64,000 bases of DNA, taken from Toensbergia leucococca. Its lineage: Eukaryota. The stretch is taken from the NCBI GenBank assembly GCA_022813965.1, contig JALDZS010000019.1, forward strand, positions 1 through 64,000, read 5' to 3'. Position numbers and translations under genes: made by a program. Each line of letters opens with the position of its first letter. The first letter of the stretch is position 1. Of the stretch, positions 1-12,201 are shown one piece after another. Under the pieces are notes generated by a model, which saw only the letters and a program-made list of their open reading frames with translations, had not been told where the DNA came from and searched no databases.

Positions 1-1420
1 ATAAGGACGTTATAAGAGAGAGAGAAAGAAGAGAAGAAGACTTGATATATTAGTCAAAAATTGTGTTATTGCTACATCAATAAATATGGACTGATCAGCA
101 GGGAGTATGTCAGATAATACAAGGTTTTCTATACTTGTATATATATAGACTTAGTCAGTGCCATAGCCTCAAGGCTGCATGCACTTAATAAAGAAATAAA
201 ATAAAAATCATTATTTTACAGTCAAGGTTTCTGAGGCTCTTAAGTAACTAAGGGGAAAGCCTCTCAAGAGAAAGAAAAAAACCTCTTTTAAGGCCCCTTC
301 TAAGGTCAAGGTTTTTGAGAAAATTAACCCTTTTCCTTCTAAGGTAAAGTGACTGAGAGGAAGACCTTCTAAAAGGAAGAAAAAAGCTCCTTCTAAGATT
401 AAGGTTTCTGAGAAAACTAATCTTTTTTCTTCTGAGAAATCAGATCACACTAAGAATAAGAAGAATGTTAAGAAGAAAGATAATAAGATTCTTTGTGTCA
501 TATGACAAGATAATATCACTGTTATGTTTTAGACAACAGCTTATAGCTCAGCAAATTTTAATATAGAATTTCATCTAGATATTATTAAAAGATCAGGTAT
601 TCTCATGATTAAAAAAGAAGCCTTGTATCTCTCAATTTTACAGTCATACAAGGACTATAACATTCTCATGAGGGGAGTGAATTGTAATAATTAGAGAAGA
701 TTCTATTACATACCTTATCATTAGAGTTATAAATAATGATGATCTCTTTTTACTTATATGCTAAAGACATTTATTCTGAATGATTTAATTCTCTATAATA
801 TTGATCATTCAGACAACACAATTAATTATTAAGACTTCTTACATGCTGTCACTATAAGACTTGCTTATTTTAGCTCTGATAAATTCTTCATAAAACATTC
901 TCCTAAGAAGAAGAATATTCTTCTATTATTATCAAAGATTCTGTTACTAAAGCATGAGTAAAAAAACTGATTTATTAAAGACTACTGTGTTGTATGCAAA
1001 GGTGACAAGACATCATATTTATTATTATCATTCATGTTTAGAAAAAGAAGGACTCCTTTGTAAAGGTGAATAAAAATATGAGAGTGAAAGAGAAGGTAAT
1101 AAAGAGGGGTCATTTTATCAAAAAGTAAAAGCCTCAATGTCAACATTCTATACAGTCAAGTTGAGAGTGTTTATTTAGTACATGTGAAGGGCTAACCTTC
1201 TGTAAATATAAAAAGGATAAGAACTGCTAATCTCTTTATCATAAGGCTAGATTTATCAGTCAGAATAAGTATGAGTAGGTAGGTAGATAAGAACAATGAG
1301 GTTGCATAGAGATGCAAGCTTAATTTTGTATGTGTTTCCCGCTAATTCTCACTAGTTTGCGGGGTGATCCCTTAGTGAGTCACCTACCCTGGCATGGCTG
1401 CAGGTAAACCATTTGAAGGG
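1..1420 (+). mobile_element. RIP-degraded piggyBac-like DNA transposon (3' part, truncated by window edge)
   Basis: AT-rich and CpG-poor. One frame carries degenerate piggyBac transposase motifs: (W)QDN at 503, DYNILMxGVxxxxQRR...Y...(WW)xLF from 653, and Cys-rich C-terminal motifs (CVVC at 986, xTC...FC...C near 1175-1240). Stops arise from C>T/G>A changes. Ends AGGG (1417-1420) followed by ATAA, a TTAA-like target site. Confidence 0.75.
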
Positions 1421-1597
1421 ATAAATTAGGAGAGATCCGTGACTCTGAACCTAGCTGTAATTGCAACTCACTTTACTCAACGCAATGAACAGTCCAGTGA
1501 AGAGAATGACCACAGTATTTAAATATTTCGCTAAGCGTTTATATTCATCAATACGTGCTCAATCACTTAAGTGAATATGCTAGTTTATCCTTTCAGT

Positions 1598-2097
1598 TTA
1601 ATCTGCAGTACATTGCAAAAAGTCATTCCCACTCGCCCCAGTGTGCGTGATAACCCCTTCATATGAGCCCGATCCGATGAAGATGACACGATCAGCTCCT
1701 GGGCTGCCTCCGGTATACACTTGCTCGCTGCTCAGAATGGGGAATTCATAGTAAGGTCCAGAATCAGGGAAAGTGAAGCCCTCGTAGTCTTCGTATTGGT
1801 GGGGATATTCATCACTGCCCACTGTGGTGTCGTCCTCATAGTAGCCATAGCCTTGCTGGACAGCGGCATCAATATCGGACTGGGAGTAACAGGTGGAGCC
1901 GCAGGTCTCGGCGCATTGGCGCTGAAAGAAATTAGATTGAGGAGATGGATTTCGAGGAGAGAGAACGTACACGTAGGATCGAACTAGCAAGAGTTGGCAC
2001 CGCGATGGCAAGCGCAAGCAGGGCCTAATATTGTCACTTGTAAGGTAAAACTTCGAAAGTTGCATGATTGGGCAGGCAATACCTTGAATGTATGCAT
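1598..2097 (-). CDS. Secreted guanyl-specific ribonuclease, RNase T1/N1 family (3 exons)
   Basis: Motifs [30 protein letters not shown]. Splicing ATG at 2097 (MHTFK) | [18 protein letters not shown] | RQCAETC gives a signal peptide, with canonical GT-AG introns. Confidence 0.92.
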
Positions 2098-4638
2098 ATT
2101 TTGAAGCTTTGAGGTCTTCTTCCTGAGTTGTAGATGCTTGCTTTTGATGTTCTGGATGATGGAGGAGTATGGTGACTTGGCGCTTCTTTATATCATTATC
2201 ATCCTCGTCTCTCTCAAGGTCCCAGGGACGTCATAACAGACGCGAGGCATGCTGGTCCTCACAACGAACTCAATGCGACGGATCACCGTTGCCCAGAATA
2301 GCAGGCAAAGCCGGTGTCGGGTGTCGATCCAAAGGAGAGAGCCTCCTAATAGCGAGCTCGAGGCCAGTCGCCAATATGAATGCTGACACGTACTTGGAGC
2401 GATGATTGGGAAGCTTGATGGCCGGAGCAAAGCAAATCCAATGACAGGGCGAGGATGAGCACATGCAGAGGAGATGCGGTCGGAGTTCAACGATTTGAAG
2501 AAGGAGCTTTATGGGCCTCGGTGACATCGAGACGTCGGTCAATTTGCGCCGCCACTGGCACCACGAAGCGATTCGGCAAGCTAACCACAGAGGAGGGTTC
2601 AAAGTAACTCGAGTAAGTACTCCGTAGGTACTCCGTAAGGATACCTTACAGAATAAAATCCCTCGAATAATCTACCTCTCTACCTCGGCGAGCTCGGCTA
2701 ATATACCTAGAATAGAATACCCCTATTCTAGAGCCCTGAGTCACCACACCAATTCCCAATCTCACGCTGCCCAGAAAACATACAAATATTCAAAGAAACA
2801 GACACAGATTCTGGAGAACAAAGTTGAATGACTTTGTTGCAACGAGCTTCGCTCGCTATGCAGGCTCAGGGCGATCCATTCACCAGTAAAGCTGCACCTG
2901 ACGGGGTATGGTCCCAGCGACCCACCGAGCTGCAGCAGTCCTTTAAGGTATATTCGCTATGAATACTCCTAGATATTGAATTCCGTATCGGAGTCAAGGA
3001 TTGATTCCTCAAGCTGGCTTTTCTCGTCGGAACAGAGACTGAGCTACTCACGATTCAAGCTCTCAAGACCACAAAAAGCATTGCCTACTCTACTGTGGGC
3101 TCGTTTCAACTTCACAAACCGAGACATCTAATGAAGATTGACTGATCGCCACAAGGCGTATTCTCTACTTCATTTAAAATATCAAAGCTCACGTAGAGGG
3201 AAGCTAATTTTGATTGTTCTCATGCGGTCAGCTTGATCCGTCATCTCATTTGCAACATCTTCAGCGCTGGTGTGTCTCAATCTGATGAGCGTGACATAGC
3301 GGAGCTGACAAACTCTTTCCTTCAGTTTTAGCGAGACTTTTGAAGCCATATACGATCTCCTACAAAACTGAAAGTTGCAGAACTGGCCTCAGTGACAATG
3401 ATGACAGACGCCACAGTGTAACGTTGTCCACAGTGCTTCGTACCGCTTATTTTCTAACCTTCATATCTTACTTTTCATTTTTGATTCAGCATCTTAGTAT
3501 TTCTTTAGTTCAGAACCAGGCTCGTTGGCAATGGCGCCCAAAGTCTCACATACTGCCTACAGCGCACTGTGGAATACTTTGGGATCACTGGCAACTCCCA
3601 TTGCGTTGGCTCTATGCTCTATCATGCGCCTCGTACTGGTTGCTCCATAGGTACCACGATAGTGCCTGAAACTTTTCTATCGCATGATGCTCACTTTGAT
3701 TTATGCTGTGTCCTACCTTCATATGAAGACGCTTTAGACGGGGGCAAATCTCTAGGATTCACCACATATTTAGGTGCAAAATCTCGAATGGGCGAGGACA
3801 ATGACCTATTCTGTGTCATTAATGAAAAAGTAACTTTCCGCTTACCCAAGCCGTGCTGGTACCTGCAGCTTATTCAGATGTGTATGGGAAACCTGACAAT
3901 CCCTCAAATCCCTGCTTGCATTTTCGTATATCATATCCTCGGGTCTGAATCCTTCAAGTCTGGGTCGTCTACCAACGCTCACAATTACTAGCGGAGTCGG
4001 AGTTGGACTCGGCTTGTGTCATACATAAAAGCCAATTTGTCGTGCAATTAAGAAATGCCTACTACTTCCCTATATTTGTTCTCTTCAAAGCAGTAGGGTC
4101 GATGTTTCACACTTTCAACGGGCTAGTAGGAACATTGAAATGAAGTGAGGGCAAAATAAGCAGTGAGACGGTGAGAATTCGTGATAGCGAGAAGGAGATG
4201 CACGAACAAGGTACAGCTCTCAGATGACCAACCCAATTCCGCCCGACATGATATGACCGTCTGACTAATGTGATCAGCAATACGAGGTTGCAATAGGAGC
4301 TCTGGATATTGAGAATTCAGTCCTAAACCTGGCGGAAGCCAATTTTGAATTCACGATCGAGGACGAGTGTTCTATATAAGAATCACTCTAAGTTCTCCTT
4401 TCTCACCTCCAATCTCCTGACACCTAGCAAAACAGGAGAATCGACGCGGTTGTTGTGCAAGTCCTGATCACTTCAATCCTCTCACAAGCTCCACACTTTT
4501 CAGTTTCTAAAAGCTTTCTGGTACTGTTTGAATCTACTTGTGAGCAAAGACGTTGCTTAATCTTGACCAAGATCATTAATCATTGATCTACCTACCAGCG
4601 AAGAAAGGCACCCTGACAAACACATCTTTCAAGTAACA

Positions 4639-5013
4639 ATGACACGCTTCATCCTCTCCGCCATCATCCTCTCGACCCTCTCCCTCACAGCGCACTCTGC
4701 AGCAACCTGCAATATTGACCTCAACACTTTTCAAACCGCTGACGCGAGCCGTGCTTGTGCCGCCATCCCTAACCAAATTACGCTCACCGGAACCACAACC
4801 TTACTCGCGCAGTCGCCAACCAACCCCGAGATAACCGTTCTCTTGAGCCAGCAGAATACCAACTGGTCTGGGTCTGGGGCCGAAGCGAAGGAGCTTTGTA
4901 ACCAGATCATTCAAGATTGTGGAGGTACCGTCGGAGTAGCAGAGATGAACGGGGCTTCGATTGCTACTGGGGGAGATTTTGGAGGGCCGGGGATTATTTC
5001 GATTACCGTTTGA
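4639..5013 (+). CDS. Small secreted Cys-containing protein (124 aa), effector-like
   Basis: Hydrophobic signal peptide MTRFILSAIILSTLSLTAHSA, 4 Cys, good start context (ACAATG), TATATAAG about 260 bp upstream, probable 5' UTR intron. Confidence 0.75.
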   Translation: MTRFILSAIILSTLSLTAHSAATCNIDLNTFQTADASRACAAIPNQITLTGTTTLLAQSPTNPEITVLLSQQNTNWSGSGAEAKELCNQIIQDCGGTVGVAEMNGASIATGGDFGGPGIISITV

Positions 5014-6172
5014 GGGGAATGGCGCTTTGAGGGTAGAGCTGGCAGGGACCGAGACTAAAACAAGAAGGCTATAAAAATAGAGAGGAGAAGAATACGAACT
5101 TTGGCTTAACATTCTTGACAATCATGGCACTCACCACTCAGGTGTGACTGAAAAGGTTATGAGGCCGCCGGACAGTTGAATAACTCACATATATTCTGGA
5201 ACTGAATTTGCGTAATCACTCGTTCCATCACACTGGATGTGGATCTGATAGGTTGTCTCCTCCTTAGATAAGATATCACACCCATCACACTGGATGTTCA
5301 GCTCTACCTAGGTATTCGGCATCTACATCGGTATGATGACACTGAGACTGTATTTACAATTCGATCAATCTTCTTCACAACATACAACCTTCCTCTCCTC
5401 AACAGCAGACGCCGTGCATATCTATACTTTTCCTAGTGACCCACCCCCCCCTTTTCTGCCTCGCAGGATCAACCAATTCAACCCTCACGCCTCTCCAAAG
5501 CTTCCATATCTTCTTATTACCAACATCAGATCTCTTATACCAGCGGGCATAAAAGGAACCCTAGTGAAAGATGAAAAGCTGTTCTGAATACCCAGCCACC
5601 CTCGTAGCAAACCGCCAGGAATACTATGACACAGTACGAGTGGCATTGCGGAAGAGACGCAGACAAATATAGCAAGCCAGTCCTTGTGGTAGATAAGAAT
5701 GACTTGCGGTAGTGAAATGAGGTACAGCGGAAAGTATTATACAAAGGATGAGGTAGATATCACTCTTCGAGCACGGAGCCACACAATTTGGCAAGATATC
5801 TCAGCAGCTTTTCTGAAAAGAGGTCGGGGTTTCGGGTGTCAGTTATTAAGATGAAAGACGTACCTATTCAAATTTATTGTGCTTTATCATGAATACTGCT
5901 AACCTTTAGAGTTCATATTGATTTTCGTATGGGCGCCCCAAAGGAACCCGTCGGCCATCTATACTGCTGAGAAGGAGGAGGCCAAGCCCACAGCTCAATT
6001 GCCTTGTTGATGAAAAAAAGGCAGTAATGTAACGTCTCGAAGGTTTCGGCAATTAGCACACACTCGTTGCATCTATAGCGGGTTGTCCCCTCACGGTGAA
6101 TACATTTTATTTAATCACTTATGCTAAGATTCAATCTCCCTTCCTTCACACCTAGTCGGGGTTAGGGTCCAT

Positions 6173-7435
6173 CTAAGCATGCGGTGCAAAGCCAATCTGG
6201 GTATTACCCGCGTCAAAGACCACAAATTGCGACTTAAACATAACATCTCCGTAAATCTGCAGCGGTCCGCCCTTATTGGATTGCAGTCCTCCGAGACACA
6301 AGGCTGTGCTATCACTATCCCTGCCCCGGACGGATCTTTTCAATTCCGATGCTGGTACAGGTGAAAAATTCAGCAAATCTCCGGGAATCGTTGCCATATA
6401 TTTGTCACCTAAGGCGAAATGGAAATCCGGTAGAACCGTGTCGCAAGGAAAGACTATACCTCCTGCGCTGTCGCTCGTTATTGCATTCGGCACGTGGCTG
6501 TAGTAGGCCTCGACGACATCATCGTCAAGAACCAAGAGACTAGTTCCAGTATCGGCGATTATTGGGCTAGCTTGAGAGTTCGATTGAGTTGAGCCATTGC
6601 CGACGGCGAAGCCATTCGAGGCGAATTGCCAGTAGCCGTGCGATGTATCGACAGGGGTAAAGGTAAGAGAGCCTTTGAATTGGCTACCGTCGATGATGCC
6701 AAATTCGTAAGCACCAGCTGTGGCGTGCTTGAGATTCACGGTGAAAAGTGGCTGGGCAAGAGATTGTTGCGCATTATCGAAGAATGTCTTCTGAGGCAAG
6801 GGCTTGATCGTATTGAGAGTACTGAAAGCTAGACCAACCAAGCCATCGGACTGTGTGTCTTCGATGAATTCTGAGCTGACAGCAGTAGCAAGCTCGATAG
6901 GCTGTGAGAGTACAACGGCGCCGCCGATATTTACAGTGTCAGTGCCGACGATTCCTTCCGCTTTCGATGAGTCCCCATAGGAAATCTTGAATGTTGAGCC
7001 TTCCATGGTCTTGAATGTAGTGGACTTCGAAGGATCATAGACATTGTGACCAGATAACTCAGATGTAGACATGTGTGTGTTGAAGACCCAAAGGTCTGAG
7101 GAGCCAGTGTCGAAGTCCAACATTAGAGTCTGCCCTCCTATAAGGACTGGGGACAGGAACTCAGTATCGCCTTGCTCCGGAGCAGTAGAGACGTCGCCAG
7201 TACTGCGGGACTCATTAGAAGTATTGAGAGTAGCGGTTTTGACACTCAGTGATTCGGGCACAGCCAATCCATATTTGAGGTAGGCCTTCCTAAGTGCCGA
7301 TTGGCCGTTGCGAACGTAGTTTGACTGACGAACCCGCTCGACTTTGAAGGACCTGCCTCGTAGGCTCGACGGGGCTGCCGATGCAGCTACCAAGAAAAGA
7401 GTGATGAGGAGCGCTGTGCTCAGTGAAGTACGCAT
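6173..7435 (-). CDS. Secreted aspartic protease, pepsin family A1 (aspergillopepsin-like), intronless
   Basis: Signal and propeptide, two catalytic motifs DFDTGSSDLW and IADTGTSLL, flap ISYGD, C-terminal IYGDVMFKSQFVVFD...IGFA. Confidence 0.95.
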   Translation of the reverse strand: MRTSLSTALLITLFLVAASAAPSSLRGRSFKVERVRQSNYVRNGQSALRKAYLKYGLAVPESLSVKTATLNTSNESRSTGDVSTAPEQGDTEFLSPVLIGGQTLMLDFDTGSSDLWVFNTHMSTSELSGHNVYDPSKSTTFKTMEGSTFKISYGDSSKAEGIVGTDTVNIGGAVVLSQPIELATAVSSEFIEDTQSDGLVGLAFSTLNTIKPLPQKTFFDNAQQSLAQPLFTVNLKHATAGAYEFGIIDGSQFKGSLTFTPVDTSHGYWQFASNGFAVGNGSTQSNSQASPIIADTGTSLLVLDDDVVEAYYSHVPNAITSDSAGGIVFPCDTVLPDFHFALGDKYMATIPGDLLNFSPVPASELKRSVRGRDSDSTALCLGGLQSNKGGPLQIYGDVMFKSQFVVFDAGNTQIGFAPHA

Positions 7436-8902
7436 GATTGATGACGCTGGCTAGCAGTGTAAAGATGGATTAAAGGCGAAGTCGAGTGGCTATTGAAAGT
7501 CTAGAAGAAGAAAAGAAGAGAAAAAGAAAGCATATATATCTACGAAGTTGCCAGTCGCCGATCAAAGTGAGTGGACTGTACGAAGATGAACAACTCCCCT
7601 GGAGCCTTGTGAACAAAGAGAAGTGGGAGACGTGGTGGACAATAGACCATCAAATAATGAATGACAGTGTGAAATGAATGAGAACAAAGAATGTACAATA
7701 AGATGCAAGTGGAGAGTGAAGACTCGACTGAGACCCTGGGGGATTGATGTAGTGGGCACGTCCAGGCCAGTGCATCATCAAAGGAAGAATAGGGTTTCAC
7801 AGAAGCGGGGAAAACGAACGAGAAGGGGCCGAGAGAAAGGGTCAACGTGTGTAGACCCAGTAAATAGCAGTAGCAGAGGTACAGTCATGACAACGGAGGA
7901 GTCACTTCATCTAAGCAAAGTTTGGAATCGACTTGACGATCCAGGATGCAGCGGTAGAGAAGCCAATGAGAGGTTTTGTAGGCTAGGAGAAAGGTCCACT
8001 TAATTACCAAGTACGTGGGAATGCGAGCCCGATTGAGGTCTCGGCGCAAATCATGTTGAAACAGCACAGGGTAGCGGAGGCAGACTGAAGGAGAGAAGGA
8101 GAGAAGAGGAGAAGTCACAGAGGCATACCTGGGTTGAGCAAAGACACGCGGCTCGCCTCAGGGGCAACTAAGTGGTCTTGATCGTCGACAAGGAGATGCA
8201 ATAGTATAATGCCGAAATCTGCAGCTGAAACAATCAAGGGGTGGTGCGGCGGCTTGCAGCTAAGCCCGAGGCCCTCTCTCTCCTAAGCTGAAAAGGTAAT
8301 GAGCGGAGTTATGACCTTGAGGTACTCGTAGGCTTCCCCTAGAAGTCCCAAAGTCAAGCGTGGGCCAGAATGGCATTTACCTTAGGTTGGTTCATACCTA
8401 TCATGTTAGAATAGTTACGATCCCTAGTGGCGCTGGCAATGTGGTATTTGTTTTGTGTTACTTTCTTTGAGGTCGCTCGGTGGGGTAAATCCCGGCGCTT
8501 CCCACGCACCCACGCTAGACTTTGGCTCTTTTCTTTGCCTAGCATATATACTTGGATTTAACTCCAGTCTTGTTGTTGTTTCATCATTTCTGCATGCAAC
8601 TTTCAGGCTACGGCAATTAAGATAAATACATGTGTGCAAGGAATCTCCTGTTAGATGAAAACTTGCGAGTCTACAGAGGAGGTAACGGCCAAAAGTCCGT
8701 CCATGACTGCACACATCCAGGTAATTGAGCACAAGGAAATCCTGCATTGCTGCTGACTCAAAATCCTTGACAGTGTGATTCATCACAGATCATGAACATA
8801 GATAGTTGTAGATACTCAGGATGAGAAGTCGCCTTACTAATGAACTTCTATTGGATATTGTCAATAGTCATTTACATCAGATTTGCGCGGATTTTGATAG
8901 CT

Positions 8903-9140
8903 GGGCTTTCAGGTTCACATGTTTGTAGGTCTATCACGTGAATAGACCTGGTCTATGAGGTGAAGGCTGATCATTGATGCGGACAATGGGCTTCCAATAT
9001 CATGTTTGTATGTAGATCATCCACGCGTGAATGAATAGACCTGATCTGTTGATATGAAGGATGGCCTTTGATGCTAGCAATGCGCCCCCGGTGTTGTATT
9101 CGTAGATCTATCCACGCGTGGATAGACCTGGTCTTTGGGT
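8903..9140. repeat. Three degenerate ~85-90 bp tandem units with palindromic cores
   Basis: Recurring (ca)tgttgta...gtagatctatccacgcgtggatagacctggtct at about 8918, 9001 and 9092. Perfect 20-bp palindrome TCTATCCACGCGTGGATAGA at 9107-9126. Confidence 0.7.
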
Positions 9141-9538
9141 TGGAGATCTCTAGGCTTTCTTGACTGCTGCAGGCAGTAGCAAGAGGTTCGTTGCCGGCAC
9201 CGCGCACAGGTGGACTCCAGTCTTATGACAGAGCGATGAATGTGCTATTTAACCTGTCTTGATAAGATATGTCAAGCGAAACTGGAGGTGAAGTGTGATC
9301 ATTCTAATGATAAAAGCATGAGCCCATTAGAATATTCTAAGCCATGATCTGAAGTCGCAACTTCGCTTCGCTCACTGCAATCATCCATAGGATACGTGTA
9401 TTTTACTGTCACTGCATGAGGCTATTTGTATGAGATCGTACCTAGTATCAGGTGTGATAAAGAACATCCGTGGTGAAGTTGCATCTAAGATCTCATCACC
9501 TGGAAGATGCTCCTCCTTCCACACTCCCTTTGCCATTG

Positions 9539-11855
9539 ATGTCTGAATCTCATTTAATGCTGCCAAAGGTACGAGCGTCAAGTAGCAACGCCGTGAAAAC
9601 AAACGATAGCACCACATCGCCAGTTTTATCTTCACAACCAGGGGAAGGGCTATCTTCAACTTCTTTACCTGTACTGTCTCCCGCGCTCTCTCGGACAATA
9701 TCGCCTAATGCCAGGTCAGTTCGGGAGTTGCGCTCCAACGCATACGCACGCTCACCCAGCGTTGGCGCCAGAGCGTTCCCATTTCTGGCGCCGAAAGACC
9801 ATCATGATGACCCCAAACAGATAATACTAAGTTCATTTGCCCCCCGGGTTGCTGTATGTGCATCAGCGGATACAGAAAGGTTCATTCAGCGTAAAGGATT
9901 TAGTGGCGGTTTCCGAGCATTGCTGCGGTCATTTGGGGAACGAATTCAAGGCAATGTGGTGATACGGGATAGTATCGGCGGAAGCAAAAGTTGGGAAGAA
10001 TTTGGCGTACGATTCATTCAGCTAGGACCTGATGTCGAAACTCCGTCCATGAGTGGTACATTCAGGCCTACTCTCGATCCACAAAGGCCTTCCCATGCCA
10101 AGCCCGTCCATGCAGATGACACTGCTGCGCTGATTGACGAGGTCTTGGACTATCATCTCAAATCGGAAGACGCCCGACCAGATAGCAAGGGTAACGGAGG
10201 CTTGGCTTTAGATGGTAGGCCAGAAAATATACATGCCTCAGCGCCATCTCTGTATTCACTATATCTTCGAAAGCTCCTGTCAAGCATGCCCATGGTCTCT
10301 TATGAGGTCTTCTCCCATCCGGTTGCTTGCCTCATTGCCATCAGCTCGCACACCCCTGCGCCCATCGAAACCCTTCGCCAACTCTATGGAAGTGCTGGAT
10401 CGAAGATGCCTCCATGGGTAAGTCCCGAATATCTACGATACTATGTTCTTATCCATGATGAGGAAAATGACGATATCACCCAATCAACCTCGCTTTACGA
10501 TCAAATGAAGAGACATTTTGGGCTTCACTGCCACCTTTTAAGGCTCAGGAGTACCCAGTGTGTACCGACTGATGATGACAGCATAGAAGTCCCACCTTGT
10601 GAGTGGCTCTCCGCAGAAGAAGAAACCGTTGAATTACAATTGAGAGGTATGGTCGTCTTCAAAAGCAGAGCAACGCACACTGACCAGTCAAGTCCGCGCT
10701 GATGATATTGAGACTTTCAATAAATACATATTCGAGTCCGACGCAACCGCGATCAAAGGCTTCCTTCGCGAAATGGTTACTCAATCTATTATACCCTTCA
10801 TGGAAGCACGAGTGGTCGCGTGGAACGATCAAGTTGCTTCTCGCCGACGTGGTATCAGCGGTCGTTTCATTTCACTATCCAAGCGGTGGACTGGATTTAG
10901 TGCTAAAGGAACGACGGCAAGCGTCCAAAATCCATCTGGGAGTAACTACAATCCTACACATGGTATCTATCCGTCGGAGACACCTGAAGCAACAATGAGG
11001 CAATTAGCTGACTATGCTTTCATGTTAAGAGACTGGAAACTATCCCATAGTACGTACGAACTTTTGAGGATAGACTTTGGCAATGATAAAGCATGGAAAT
11101 ATCATGCTGCCGCGAACGAGATGGCTGCCATCAGCCTATTATTAAGTCCACAAACCATGAGCTCCAGAACCCGATCAGAGACTGTTGATCAGTTACTTGA
11201 TGCTGCTTTGTACTCATATCTCACGAGGTCTTCGATTCCTCTAGGCGCGATCAGATGTCTCATCCTTTCGATGGAACTCTTGAGAGGTCGCGGTTCAAGC
11301 TCTACAGAAGATGCCGCAAAATGGGGCGGCAGACTACTCGAACTTAGCATTCTAAGCCCCATCGCCCAAGCTTTCATTACGGAACGGATGGCTGAATGCT
11401 ACAGCTCTCGTGCTCGCACGGGCACACATCTATTAGGCTCTCGTAATCGACAAGCAGCGCTCTGGAATGTCTTAGCGTCAGAGACCTGGTCGAAAGTCGA
11501 AGTATACAAACGAGCGCAATCTCGACTACAAGATGCTAGCGTCTTATACAGCCAAGTCGGCCAGAGTGAAAATGTGCTTCCATTTCCTAGCATGTTTTAT
11601 TTATGGGAAAATTTGAAGCACACTGCCCATGCGAGTAGTCTGAACGAGGGTGTGGACTTGACCATCACCACAGATCCTGCCAACCTCAACCTCTTGATGG
11701 ATAATGAAGAAAGTGAGCAGCTGAGTGACTTCAATTTTCAACCCGTGATGAAGAGCGCGGTTGCAGGAGATTCCTTATCTCTCGAAACTGGCTATTCGAA
11801 CCCTCTCGCCCAACGTTATAATAGCGAGAGACTTGAAGGCGATGGGTTTGAATAG
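9539..11855 (+). CDS. TRS85: TRAPP III subunit Trs85/TRAPPC8 (2 exons; start codon uncertain)
   Basis: Motifs FSHPVACLIAISS, YLRYYVLIHDEE, MKRHFGLHCHLLRL, RQLADYAFMLRDW, DKAWKYHAAANEM. Intron from about 10648 joins the two ORFs. Confidence 0.88.
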
Positions 11856-12201
11856 AATTGCGACTTGCGTGTGGGCCGTCGTTCTTTCATACCAATGCAT
11901 CCAAGGCTTCCCGAGGTGCATGGAACCATTGTATCGGCGTTCCATCAAAGGCGCACTTTTGTAAATAAATGGACGAGAATTTTTCAATGATACCCAGATA
12001 GTTAATTTTAGAAATTTCACGGGAATCATAACAATTGTGGTCGAGATCGGTCTGATATGAATAAAGATGAAAAATTGTAACAATCAGGCTTTTGTGTTGA
12101 ATTGTTCGTGCCATCCATGGTCAGCCAGGGCAATCAACAAATTTAGGGCCGCCGCCGTCTTTGATATCTTCCGCGCTGCCTTCACCAACTAGGAGTCTAT
12201 T

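Noticed and set aside
2616..2640. GTACTCCGTA tandem motif
   Set aside because: Short common intergenic motif; no further support.
3340..3991. Overlapping ORFs of 109 and 140 aa
   Set aside because: Non-ATG starts, no recognisable motif or splice-supported gene model.
5225..5297. 16-bp direct repeat CCATCACACTGGATGT
   Set aside because: Only two copies with no other structure; likely a local duplication.
8903..9140. CRISPR array interpretation of the palindromic repeats
   Set aside because: Eukaryotic context, only three degenerate units, partly similar spacers, no cas genes.
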